DNA of 64,000 bases from an uncultured Sutterella sp. (GTDB lineage: Bacteria > Pseudomonadota > Gammaproteobacteria > Burkholderiales > Burkholderiaceae_F): positions 9,638 to 73,637 of the forward strand of contig CATVXH010000007.1 of the NCBI GenBank assembly GCA_958347955.1, written 5' to 3'. Each line of letters begins with the position of its first letter. Positions within the stretch are counted from its first letter, which is position 1. The translations under genes were made by a program, and so were the position numbers. Positions 45,035 through 55,991 of the stretch are shown piece by piece. Below the pieces are notes generated by a model. That model saw nothing but the letters and a program-made list of their open reading frames with translations. It had not been told where the DNA came from and searched no databases.

Positions 45035-45054
45035 ATCTATAAATATTTATAGAT
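45035..45054. promoter_or_regulatory. Perfect 20-bp palindrome in the yheO-like/thyA divergent region (candidate operator)
   Basis: ATCTATAAATATTTATAGAT is its own reverse complement (checked base by base). It lies 34-53 nt upstream of the regulator ATG. Confidence 0.4.
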
Positions 45055-45179
45055 CATAATATAAGTTATTCTATTTTTGAAAATACGTCTTTTAAAAATT
45101 GTGAACCGGGATACCTTATTTAGTTATCGAAACTTGTAAAATGAGTCCCATTGAATAATTGTCTGGGAAATATTTCATC

Positions 45180-45983
45180 ATGCTTATCGAACACCAATAC
45201 GAAGACTTAATGCGTCATGTGTTTTTCCATGGCGTCAATAAAAGTGACCGGACCGGTACGGGAACTCGCTCTGTGTTTGGTTACCAAATGCGTTTTAACC
45301 TTCAACACGGTTTCCCGCTCGTGACCACGAAAAAGCTTCACCTGCGTTCCATCATTCATGAGTTGTTATGGTTTTTAAAGGGTGACAGCAACATTGCCTA
45401 CCTTAAAGAAAACGGTGTGAGCATTTGGGATGAATGGGCGGATGAAAACGGCGACTTGGGCCCAATCTACGGCGTTCAATGGCGAAACTGGCGCGGCGCT
45501 GACAATCAAACCGTCGATCAAATCGCCGAGCTTATCCACACGATTAAAACAAATCCCGACTCCAGACGAATGATCGTCACGGCATGGAACGTAACGGAAT
45601 TGCCGAAAATGGCCCTTCCACCCTGCCACATGATGTTTCAGGTTTATGTGGCTGACGGCAAACTTTCCTGTCAGCTCTACCAACGCTCATGCGATATCTT
45701 TTTAGGCGTGCCTTTTAATATCGCCAGCTATTCACTGTTGACGCACATGCTCGCCCAGCAGTGTGATTTGGAAGTCGGCGACTTCGTTTGGACCGGCGGC
45801 GACTGCCATCTCTACAACAACCACTTTGATCAAGTGCGCTTACAATTGTCTCGTGAACCTCGTCCGTACCCGAAGCTTGTCATCAAGCGCCGTCCGGAAT
45901 CAATCTTTGACTATAAGTACGAGGATTTTGAGATCGTGGGATATGACCCGCACCCCGCCATTAAAGCTCCAGTCGCGGTTTAG
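45180..45983 (+). CDS. thyA: Thymidylate synthase
   Basis: [24 protein letters not shown] and [15 protein letters not shown] motifs. The first ATG is at 45180. Confidence 0.95.
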   Translation: MLIEHQYEDLMRHVFFHGVNKSDRTGTGTRSVFGYQMRFNLQHGFPLVTTKKLHLRSIIHELLWFLKGDSNIAYLKENGVSIWDEWADENGDLGPIYGVQWRNWRGADNQTVDQIAELIHTIKTNPDSRRMIVTAWNVTELPKMALPPCHMMFQVYVADGKLSCQLYQRSCDIFLGVPFNIASYSLLTHMLAQQCDLEVGDFVWTGGDCHLYNNHFDQVRLQLSREPRPYPKLVIKRRPESIFDYKYEDFEIVGYDPHPAIKAPVAV

Positions 45984-46011
45984 CGATCAACGGTCTCTTT
46001 AGGAGAAAGGC

Positions 46012-46500
46012 ATGACGCAGTTGCATTTAATCGTCGCCCACGCCCGCAACGGCGTGATTGGGAAAGAAAACAAATTACCGTGGTACTTACCGGAGGACCT
46101 TAAAAACTTCAAACGCACGACCTTCGGCAAGCCCGTCATTATGGGACGCAAGACCTGGGAATCTTTGGGTCGTCCCCTGCCCGGCCGGCGAAATATTGTC
46201 ATTACGCGTCAAAAAGACTATTCGGCTGCCGGAGCCACAGTAGTCGCCAGTTTGGAAGAAGCGCTCGAAGCGGTGAGTGATGCTCCAGTCGCCTTCATCA
46301 TGGGCGGAGCCCAAGTGTATAAAGAAGCGCTGCCCAAGGTGCAAGTGGCCCATGTGACTTATCTGAACGCGGATTTTGAAGGCGACGCGTTTTTTGAGCC
46401 GCTTTCTGACATCGAGTGGACACTCACCGAAGAGGAAACGTTCCCCGCCACCGATGACCATCCTTACAGTTATTGCTTCAGAACATACCGGAGAAAATAA
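46012..46500 (+). CDS. folA: Dihydrofolate reductase
   Basis: 162 aa with GVIGKENKLPWYLPEDLKNFKRTTFGKPVIMGRKTWES. Confidence 0.9.
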   Translation: MTQLHLIVAHARNGVIGKENKLPWYLPEDLKNFKRTTFGKPVIMGRKTWESLGRPLPGRRNIVITRQKDYSAAGATVVASLEEALEAVSDAPVAFIMGGAQVYKEALPKVQVAHVTYLNADFEGDAFFEPLSDIEWTLTEEETFPATDDHPYSYCFRTYRRK

Positions 46501-46525
46501 TTTCCGCGCTTGACCTGTTGATGCA

Positions 46526-46551
46526 ATTTGAGCCGCTTACGCGGCTCAAAT
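46526..46551. terminator. Bidirectional terminator between folA and sdaA
   Basis: ATTTGAGCCGC-TTAC-GCGGCTCAAAT, an 11-bp perfect stem. Confidence 0.75.
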
Positions 46552-46554
46552 TAT

Positions 46555-47949
<1,395 letters not shown>

Positions 47950-47963
47950 GATTGACTCCTTGG

Positions 47964-48926
47964 TTAATCGAGCACTTCGACTCGATAGGCTTGCTCCTGA
48001 CCGTCATTGAGCCATAGAAGCGAAGAGGGTTGAATTGCGGCGGGCACAAAAGCGCAGCAGATCAATTTTTCGCCCAACAAACCGACAAAATCAGTTTTCG
48101 CGACAGGCACCCCCTCTTCGGTTAAAAGAGTCACCCCTGTGGGCTCATCAAACCATTGTGCGGCGTTATCTTGATGAGAAGCAAGCTTGACGGCTTTTTT
48201 GGGTTCGGCCGCTTTGAGCCTTGCTTCAGTCAAAGCGCGGCCGATGAACATACGCGCGGGATCGGAAAAATCAATGTAGCGCGCTCCGTCAGCATCGCCC
48301 GGCATTTTGTCTTGAGACTCCCAGGCGAAAGCCAAAGGAGAACCGCAAACGTAGCAAAGCGTCACGGCGCCGAGTTCATCGAGTACTTCAATACCGGGGT
48401 GGGTGAAACCGGCAAACGCTTCAGCCGGCCCCTGCAGCAAACTGAGCCCGCCTACTCTCATCACAAGGACGTCACCTTTGGCGGTTTTCAACGTCTGCAC
48501 TTTACCGTCGGTCATCATGCCGTGCGGGGTATGCGTCTGATCGGCAAAAAGAAGCGCGCTTGAAGTTTGAATCGTTGTAAAGTCTTCATCAAAGGCTTTG
48601 GCGACCTGATGCATCCAGGCCAAAGTGTCCAATGATTGAAAGATCACGCGGAAGTGTTCATCTGAATCGGGCAAATGGGCCACCCAGACAAAATCGGTGA
48701 TCACACCCAGCGCGTTGAGAATAAAACTTTGCCTGACTTCACCCCGGTGAACATTCTTGACATCAATCGTCAAAAGACGGCGTAAAAAAGCAACGCCCTG
48801 AGCGTCATTGACTTCAACCGTGTAATAGAGGCTATTTAAACCTTCAGGATCGTCAGGACAAACGTAAAGCCCCATGCCGGCATGGGCGCGAGCGGCTGTT
48901 TGGCCGCTTAATTTAATTTCAGACAT
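47964..48926 (-). CDS. GcvT/aminomethyltransferase-fold protein (function unclear)
   Basis: 320 aa. AQGVAFLRRLLTIDVKNVHRGEVRQSFILNALGVITDFVWV resembles the GcvT folate-binding N-domain. It lacks the KGCYxGQE motif seen in ygfZ. Ends 14 nt before sdaA. Confidence 0.45.
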   Translation of the reverse strand: MSEIKLSGQTAARAHAGMGLYVCPDDPEGLNSLYYTVEVNDAQGVAFLRRLLTIDVKNVHRGEVRQSFILNALGVITDFVWVAHLPDSDEHFRVIFQSLDTLAWMHQVAKAFDEDFTTIQTSSALLFADQTHTPHGMMTDGKVQTLKTAKGDVLVMRVGGLSLLQGPAEAFAGFTHPGIEVLDELGAVTLCYVCGSPLAFAWESQDKMPGDADGARYIDFSDPARMFIGRALTEARLKAAEPKKAVKLASHQDNAAQWFDEPTGVTLLTEEGVPVAKTDFVGLLGEKLICCAFVPAAIQPSSLLWLNDGQEQAYRVEVLD

Positions 48927-49043
48927 TTTTTCCCAATTATCTTCAATACAGATTTCTACGGCAAAGATTGTAACGGGTGATGACTCTGATTTGTGATCGA
49001 ACCCGCTGACTTTTATAATTTTTTTTGCAAAAGGATTCTGATT

Positions 49044-49847
49044 ATGAGACGTTTTGTTGTTCGACCGTGGCTTTTGGTTTTAGGTATTTTTGTCGTCATT
49101 GTGACCTGGGGCCTTTTGCATCATTACCAATGGCACTATGAGTGGGCGCATCGATGCGGTCTCATTGACGTTGAACCGGTAGCGGCCATGCCGATCGGCG
49201 ATGAACGTTACATCGCTCATTCGGGCGGCGCCATCGGTTCCATCACTTACACGAATTCCAAAGAAGCGATACTTAAATCCTTAAAAGACGGCTATCGTTT
49301 CATAGAGCTTGACCTTAGGCTGACTCTTGACGGGCACTATTACGGCGCGGATTACAACGATGATTTCAACGCCCAAACCGATCATCCCCGTCAATGGATA
49401 ATTCCGCCTACAGCCTCCCAAGTGAAGGAACGCAAGATTTTGGGGCAATTCACTCCCCTGCTTTTAACAGATGTCGCCAAACTAATGGCCGAGCATCCGC
49501 AAATGTTCCTTGTCATTGATAAGGGCAACGATTACGCGAAGATGCTCGCCGAGTGCCCTTATCCCGACAGAATGGCGGTGGAAGTCACCAATTACGGGCA
49601 ATATGTTTCCGCTCGCCACGCCGGTTTTAAATACGTGGCGCTGGGGGGCGACTTGGAAAAAGAAACCATTTAAAAGCTTCAAATCAAAATGTTGGTCGCT
49701 GATGACGGTTTAAACCCGCAGGAACCGTTCATTAAGAAGTTTCTCGCCGATGGCGGCTTAGTGATGATCGCGGGCATTGATCACGCCCGTGATATTCCTG
49801 AGCACCTTAAATCAATTCATTCTCTTTTTTACGTGGACTGGAAATAA
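49044..49847 (+). pseudogene. Glycerophosphodiester-phosphodiesterase-like membrane-anchored protein interrupted by an in-frame TAA
   Basis: YIAHSGGA..GYRFIELDLRLTLDGHYY is GDPD-like. TAA at 49671-49673 is followed in the same frame by 57 more sense codons (KLQIKMLVADDG..IAGIDHARDIPEHL..) up to TAA 49845-49847. Confidence 0.5.
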
Positions 49848-49902
49848 CAGCGCAGGAGCGCCTTACGCTAAAATTGCCGAGACTGAAATCACTTTTTAAA
49901 TT

Positions 49903-51363
49903 ATGAACGAAGAGCTTTTAATTCACTGCTCGGCGCAGGAGACGCGAGTGGCTGTGATGGTCAACGGCATACTTGAGGACCTGCATATCGAGAGACGTGC
50001 CCAACGCGGTCTGGTTGGCAATGTCTACAAAGGCAAAGTCATGCGGGTGTTGCCCGGCATGCAGTCCGCTTTTATTGACATAGGGTTGGAGCGCACCGCT
50101 TTTTTGCACGTCCACGACATTTTCACCGCGCGCCAGGAAGATGGGAGCTACAAGCCTATTGAGTACATTCTGCATGAAGGCGAATCAGTCATCGTTCAGG
50201 TCTCCAAAGATCCTATAGGCACCAAGGGGGCGAGGCTCACGACAACAATATCGCTTGCCGGTCATAAGCTTGTATACCTTCCCAAAGAACAGCACATCGG
50301 TGTTTCCCAACGCATTGAGGATGAAACTGAGCGCGAGCGGCTCAAGGCGCTCATCACCGCAGTGCGCCCGGAAAGTGAAAAAGGAGGCTATATCGTCCGA
50401 ACCTGCGCAGAGGGCGCCACAAGCGACGATTTTCTCAACGACATGCAATATCTTTCCAAACTGTGGAAGCAAATCGCCGAGAAAATCTCTGTCACTTCAG
50501 CTCCGGGCATTCTCTACCAGGATTTGTACCTTGAAGAGCGCGCGCTGCGCGATATGGTCAATGAGCATACCACGCGCGTACTCGTCGATGCTTGGGATGA
50601 CAATATTGACAAGCTCAAAGACTTCGCCGTCGATTTTGTGCCCACCGTGGTCGACAAGCTTGAAATGTATACGGGTGAAATTCCCCTGTTCGAGCAATTC
50701 GGTATTGAAACCGAAATTGAAAAAGCGCTTTCACGCAGAGTGGATCTGAAAAGCGGCGGATACCTCATTTTTGATCAAAATGAAGCGATGTCCACGATCG
50801 ATGTCAATACCGGCGCCTACGTCGGCAAACGTGATTTCGGCGACACGGTTTTTAAAACCAATCTTGAAGCCGCTCGCGTTATCGCCAGACAACTTCGACT
50901 CAGAAACTTAGGCGGCATTATCATCATCGACTTTATCGATATGGAAAAGGACGCCCACCGCAGCGCGGTTTTAGCCGAGCTTCAAAAAGCCGTTTCGACC
51001 GATCGCGTGCATATCACAATGAGCAACTTCTCAGAGTTGGGGCTCATTGAAATGACTCGAAAGCGCACCCGCGACTCGCTTGGTCACATTCTCTGCGAAC
51101 CCTGCCCGTTGTGTGGCGGCCGTGGGGAAATCAAAACGGCGCGCACAGTTTGCTACGAAATCTTAAGAGAGGTGCTGCGCGAGTGGCGCCAGTATCCCGG
51201 CATCAAGGAATTTTCAATTATCGCCAGTCAGACGGTGATTGATCTTTTCTTGGAAGATGAGGCCGAGGCTTTGAATTTACTGCAAGACTTTATTGCCTGT
51301 CCTGTGTCGCTGCAGGTGGAGTCCTGCTACAGCCCCGAGCAGTACGACATCACTTTCAATTAA
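49903..51363 (+). CDS. rng: Ribonuclease G
   Basis: 486 aa with S1 domain GNVYKGKVMRVLPGMQSAFIDIG, then TIDVNTG and IIIDFIDM catalytic-core motifs. Confidence 0.9.
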   Translation: MNEELLIHCSAQETRVAVMVNGILEDLHIERRAQRGLVGNVYKGKVMRVLPGMQSAFIDIGLERTAFLHVHDIFTARQEDGSYKPIEYILHEGESVIVQVSKDPIGTKGARLTTTISLAGHKLVYLPKEQHIGVSQRIEDETERERLKALITAVRPESEKGGYIVRTCAEGATSDDFLNDMQYLSKLWKQIAEKISVTSAPGILYQDLYLEERALRDMVNEHTTRVLVDAWDDNIDKLKDFAVDFVPTVVDKLEMYTGEIPLFEQFGIETEIEKALSRRVDLKSGGYLIFDQNEAMSTIDVNTGAYVGKRDFGDTVFKTNLEAARVIARQLRLRNLGGIIIIDFIDMEKDAHRSAVLAELQKAVSTDRVHITMSNFSELGLIEMTRKRTRDSLGHILCEPCPLCGGRGEIKTARTVCYEILREVLREWRQYPGIKEFSIIASQTVIDLFLEDEAEALNLLQDFIACPVSLQVESCYSPEQYDITFN

Positions 51364-51368
51364 ACCTC

Positions 51369-51400
51369 AGGCTTAAATCCTCGGGATTTAAGCCTTTTTC
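51369..51400. terminator. Bidirectional terminator between rng and the sensor kinase gene
   Basis: AGGCTTAAATCC-TCG-GGATTTAAGCCT, a 12-bp perfect stem followed by TTTTC. Confidence 0.75.
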
Positions 51401-51405
51401 CACTA

Positions 51406-53313
51406 TTAAAGTTTTTCTTCAATAGGCCGGTATTTCGGCAATTCGATTGTCACGACCACACCGCGTCCGGGATTGGGTTCAGCCCATACGCGGCCCGCGT
51501 GGCGTTCGGCCAATGAACTCACAATCGACAAGCCCAACCCCAAACCATGCGCTTTTGAGCTTTCCAACTTTTGGAAAAATTGCTTTGTAAATTCTTCATC
51601 GACTAATTTGGCATTATCAATGACACGAATCCACCAGCTCTCTTCATGATCTTCAATGCGAATGCGGATGATCTCTTCATCGGTGTCACGCATGGCGGGG
51701 TGAACTTCAGTAAAAGCATCGGCGGAATTTTTCAAAAGATTCAAAATCGCAAGTTCAATTTCCCAATCATCGGCTTCCACCAACGCCTTCTTAACTCCCT
51801 CAACCACAACCGGCACGCTGCTTCGTCCAGACTTTTCAAAGGTCGATACGGTCTTGGCGACAATATCACGCAAGTCATGTTCCTCGCGTTTGATGTCATG
51901 AGGCTTGGCATAGCTTCGGACATGATCGACAATGTCATTGGCCCTCTCGGTGTGGTACTCAATTTCTTTGAGCACCTTCACAATAGTTTCCTTATCGGCC
52001 GCTCCCCTTTCGATGCGGCGCAAAAGACCTCTTGAATAATTGGATACCGTGGCCAAAGGTTGTTTAAGTTCATGGGCAATCATGCTCGACATCTGACCCA
52101 CAATACCCGTGCGCTCGAGGCGGGAAATATACTCGTTCGTTTGTTCCTGCTGTTTGGAAATACGCTCTTTTTCCGCCAGTGCCTTCTTAAGCGCCTTAGT
52201 GCGCGAGGCCACTTCCACGGAAATAATGAGGTTATAGAAAAAGCCGGCGACAATAAGGAAAATTGCCGTGATAAAGATGGCTCGGTTTTCGCTAAAAACA
52301 CGATAGATGGCCGAATAAGTCACATTGTTATACGGGCCCATGCGCAAGTGATACATCAAGTCGTAAAGCTCGCGCGTGTTCTCCGCCATGCTCCAAGTCG
52401 CCCCATAGGGTAATTTAAGCCCCAAAAGCGCATTGGTCATTTCCAAAATCCAATTGCTGTCCAAACCGTTTCGATACGAAACCATCAGACCGGGATACGC
52501 ATTGGTGGAATGTTGGCAGGCAAGTTCTGAAACAGGCTGAGGATTAATTACCCTATAGTCGCTCAAATGCGCTTGATTGGTGATCATGACCTGCTCGATA
52601 AAGCATGCCGGCACAATGCCGACATCGGCTGTGCCGCTTTTAACCGCATTGAGCACATCGAGAGGATTGCGATTTGAAGAGAAAATGATGTTTTTATAGG
52701 CCGCTTGCCAAGAAAGGTTTTTCTCAGTAAAAGCTTCTTTCGAAATTGTGAAACCGGCGAAGGACTCATTAGATGATGAAGCGATCCGGTATGATCCCGT
52801 CGCCACATCAGTTAAAGTGTAGATTTTTGTGTTAGAACTGCTCACCACAATGGTGGAGGCCGCGGAATAACTCGGCGATTTAGCTTGAGCAAGCCACAGC
52901 ATTGAAATCGCCTTGACCTTGTCCTCAAATGCCAAATCCGCATAAAAGTCCGACTCACTGATCAGAAAATCAATTTCCCCTTCGGCAATCATTGAGCTGA
53001 TTGTCTCACGATCGAGAAATTTCAAGACCAAAAATTTATTGGATGCCCGAACCGTCTGATCAATGGCGTCGATTGTAGCCTTGAAATAGGCGCGTTGCAT
53101 GTACGGATCAATCTGCGTGTCGATCGCCACCACAACCTGATTGGGGTTGCCGCGGGAGCCATCAATAAATTGCTTAACAGGACTTGTTAGTGTTTGACGC
53201 AAAATTGAGTTATGGTCCCCCATAATGAGAGACTCCACTCCCATTGCGGAAAAGAGCACCACCAAAATGGCGACAAGAGTGATAAAAAAACGACGCATAA
53301 CGGATGGAGACAC
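51406..53313 (-). CDS. Sensor histidine kinase with periplasmic substrate-binding-protein-like domain; no adjacent response regulator
   Basis: Signal-anchor, ~300-aa periplasmic domain, second TM helix, H-box MIAHELKQPL, and C-terminal HATPase (GLGLGLSIV). Confidence 0.8.
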   Translation of the reverse strand: MSPSVMRRFFITLVAILVVLFSAMGVESLIMGDHNSILRQTLTSPVKQFIDGSRGNPNQVVVAIDTQIDPYMQRAYFKATIDAIDQTVRASNKFLVLKFLDRETISSMIAEGEIDFLISESDFYADLAFEDKVKAISMLWLAQAKSPSYSAASTIVVSSSNTKIYTLTDVATGSYRIASSSNESFAGFTISKEAFTEKNLSWQAAYKNIIFSSNRNPLDVLNAVKSGTADVGIVPACFIEQVMITNQAHLSDYRVINPQPVSELACQHSTNAYPGLMVSYRNGLDSNWILEMTNALLGLKLPYGATWSMAENTRELYDLMYHLRMGPYNNVTYSAIYRVFSENRAIFITAIFLIVAGFFYNLIISVEVASRTKALKKALAEKERISKQQEQTNEYISRLERTGIVGQMSSMIAHELKQPLATVSNYSRGLLRRIERGAADKETIVKVLKEIEYHTERANDIVDHVRSYAKPHDIKREEHDLRDIVAKTVSTFEKSGRSSVPVVVEGVKKALVEADDWEIELAILNLLKNSADAFTEVHPAMRDTDEEIIRIRIEDHEESWWIRVIDNAKLVDEEFTKQFFQKLESSKAHGLGLGLSIVSSLAERHAGRVWAEPNPGRGVVVTIELPKYRPIEEKL

Positions 53314-53390
53314 AAAAAATCAACTTCAAGCCGTTAATCTTAGAGAAAAAAATCTTAGAATTGGGCTGTTATTCAACATAAGTTTAAGCC

Positions 53391-54890
53391 ATGAGTGTTT
53401 TATTCCTTGATCCTCTCCCTGAGAAAATCACTTCGAAAACCCTTCTTGTGGATATCTTCGATTCCGTGCATGCGTTTAAAGCGCTGCAAAATCGATGTGT
53501 TACGGTCGAGGACATAGTTAAAGCGCTCAAAAACCGACAATTATCTGCGATCATTGAAAATCCGAGTGACCTGGCAGCTTTTGAGACCTGGTTGAAACTC
53601 AAAGGGCTTTTGAGAGAAAAAAGATCTCGCAATAAAGAAAAGCCCGCTCGTGAAGAAAATCCCTATTTCCCTCCAAACCCCAAAATCGTTCCTTTGGAAC
53701 GGATCCATTTAGAAGAAGGGCTCGATGGTCGAAGCGGCCCGAACAGGGGCGATGATTCCAGACAAAGCCTTGAAGCGGTTGATGACCTCGCGGCTGTCAA
53801 CGCGTGGATTTCAGCGCGCGCCGGCAATATCAACACACAGGGAGTCTATCGAAAGGAAGCGGAGCGCTTTTTACTCTGGTGCACGGTTGAGAAAGACATC
53901 GCCATGAGCGCCGTGGGCGTGGCTGAGGCGAGCGACTATCTGCGCTGGCTTGAAGAATTGGGACGCATCGATGAGAAGACTTGGGCGAAACACTGGAAGT
54001 GTCCCCAGCACGATTGGATAGGAACGAAAAACACTCCGAGAGAGTGCGAAGATTGGCGTCCGTTTAACGGCTCTCTCTCCCACACGTCCCGAAAGATGTC
54101 GATCACGGTGGTCAGGCAACTTTTTAATTTTCTGAAGAAAACCGGCTACATTATTTACAACCCCTTTGATCAGATTTCAACCAAGGTACCATATCTTGAA
54201 GGCGAAGGCGCCCCCAAGGCTTTCGCGGACCGCTCCTTCACCGAAGAGCAATGGGAAATCATTTATAACTACTTCGAATCCCAGGAGGATGACGAGCGCC
54301 ATGCGAGAATGGCTGTGGTTTTAATGTTTGGCAAAGGACTTGGACTTCGCGCAAGCGAAATGCTTCAGGCGAGAGCTTCTTGGATTGTTGAGCGCCGCAT
54401 TGACGCCGATACAATCACAGTGATCGAGGTGGTGGGCAAGGGCGACAAAATCCGTCGCCTGCCGCTTCAGGAAGAACAAGTCGCCCTCATCAACCATTAC
54501 CTCAGCATGAGAGGACTTCCGCACTTGGGATTGGTTGAGCCCGACACTCCCCTTCTTTCTTCGTTGGGCAGAGGCAGGCAAAATAGCCTCAAAAGCGGTC
54601 AAGCCAAACGCACAGCTTTAAGTCGCTCGGGGCTCTACCTGGCGCTGGAGGATTTTCTTGAAGCCGTGGCGCTTCACGTGGAAACTGAAAGACCCCTTGA
54701 CGCAGCCAAGTTCCGCGCAAGCTCCACTCACTGGTTGCGCCACACTTTCGCCACCACGGCATTAAAAGAGATGCCGGTCAATGTGGTTCAAAACGCAATG
54801 GGACACGCCAGTGTCGGAACCACAAGCCGCTACCTGACGCCGGAAGAAAGCGAGGTAGCCCGAGCCATGAGAAAGCTCAAGGCCTTCTGA
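53391..54890 (+). CDS. Tyrosine-type site-specific recombinase/integrase with long N-terminal extension
   Basis: C-terminal catalytic region GLRASE.., HWLRHTFAT, GHASVGTTSRYL. Core-binding region YRKEAERFLLWC. Confidence 0.85.
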   Translation: MSVLFLDPLPEKITSKTLLVDIFDSVHAFKALQNRCVTVEDIVKALKNRQLSAIIENPSDLAAFETWLKLKGLLREKRSRNKEKPAREENPYFPPNPKIVPLERIHLEEGLDGRSGPNRGDDSRQSLEAVDDLAAVNAWISARAGNINTQGVYRKEAERFLLWCTVEKDIAMSAVGVAEASDYLRWLEELGRIDEKTWAKHWKCPQHDWIGTKNTPRECEDWRPFNGSLSHTSRKMSITVVRQLFNFLKKTGYIIYNPFDQISTKVPYLEGEGAPKAFADRSFTEEQWEIIYNYFESQEDDERHARMAVVLMFGKGLGLRASEMLQARASWIVERRIDADTITVIEVVGKGDKIRRLPLQEEQVALINHYLSMRGLPHLGLVEPDTPLLSSLGRGRQNSLKSGQAKRTALSRSGLYLALEDFLEAVALHVETERPLDAAKFRASSTHWLRHTFATTALKEMPVNVVQNAMGHASVGTTSRYLTPEESEVARAMRKLKAF

Positions 54891-55991
54891 TTATTCAAAC
54901 GCTTGATTGGCCATCGTCTTGCGGTAGCGTAAAATCGCCTGCTCGATAATCAGCTGGGCATTCAGAGGGTGCGTGACGACTCTCCTCATGGCTTTAAGCG
55001 AATCATTGAATTTAAAGAGTTTTTGAACCTCAACCTCTTTCACAAGGGCTTTCATTTGCGCAGAGTAAGCCGGAAAGTAATGCGGCTCAAGTCCTTCTTT
55101 AACCGCCAGAAGATCATAACTCCAGCGCTCTAGCACTGGCAGCACAGCGGAAACAGGCAACGCCGTTCTGCCTTCCTTGACAGCAATTTTAGTCGGATCA
55201 ATCCGGGCTCCCTGCGCCAATGTTTTTAAAAGTTCAAGACGAACAGCGGGAGCCATTGTGGTCAGCGTTAAAAGTTGTTCCCGGGTTTTCGCGTCAATAT
55301 CGGCATTGCGGCGGATCGCCTCTTCATCGGTGACAAGGCACGGGCGCCCCGCTGCTCGGGCAAGAGCCTCCTCGGCATCATTCACCCCTTTTTCTTTAAG
55401 CCATGCGAGCGCCTCGTCATGAGTAGGGGCTTTGGCTCTCAAAAGCCGGCAGCGTGAACGAATCGTCGGCAGTACTTTGTCAATATCATCAGCCACCAGT
55501 AAAAAAGTGGTTCTCTCAGGCGGCTCTTCAAGACTTTTTAAGAAGGTGGCCGCCGCGTCAGCCCGAATCGCATCGGCAGGATACACCACGATAACCCGAC
55601 GCCCGTTATTGATGTGAGGGGCTAAATTCAAAAAATCAGTCAACTCACGCGGCTGATGAATGAGAATTTCACGATAAATTTTTCGATCTTTGGTCGCGTT
55701 TGAGGGAGGCTCAAAAGGAATGCCCCTCGGTATCGCCTCGGCTTCGCTGAAGACATAACGCAAATCGGGATGCGTATAAGCGTTGGCCATTTTGCAACCC
55801 TTGCATGCACCGCAAGGCGTGCCGTCTGAATGAGGATGCTCGCAAAATAGACTCTTGGCATACGACACAATGAGGTCAATTGTCCCGATGCCGCGCGGTC
55901 CGTAAATCAAAAGACCGTTTGGAAGGTTGTCTCTGAAGCTGATAAGTTCCCGAGCAATTTCCTCCTGCCAGGGGTAAACGGCTAAGCCCAT
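54891..55991 (-). CDS. holB: DNA polymerase III delta-prime subunit
   Basis: YPWQEEIARELI..GLLIYGPRGIG, a Zn module CGACKGC, and RSRCR. Overlaps tmk by 10 nt. Confidence 0.85.
   Translation of the reverse strand: MGLAVYPWQEEIARELISFRDNLPNGLLIYGPRGIGTIDLIVSYAKSLFCEHPHSDGTPCGACKGCKMANAYTHPDLRYVFSEAEAIPRGIPFEPPSNATKDRKIYREILIHQPRELTDFLNLAPHINNGRRVIVVYPADAIRADAAATFLKSLEEPPERTTFLLVADDIDKVLPTIRSRCRLLRAKAPTHDEALAWLKEKGVNDAEEALARAAGRPCLVTDEEAIRRNADIDAKTREQLLTLTTMAPAVRLELLKTLAQGARIDPTKIAVKEGRTALPVSAVLPVLERWSYDLLAVKEGLEPHYFPAYSAQMKALVKEVEVQKLFKFNDSLKAMRRVVTHPLNAQLIIEQAILRYRKTMANQAFE

Noticed and set aside
53391-54890. Integrase as a marker of a prophage or ICE within the window
   Set aside because: No phage structural, replication or conjugation genes are present. 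No att-like direct repeats were seen, the flanking genes are housekeeping, and composition is backbone-like.
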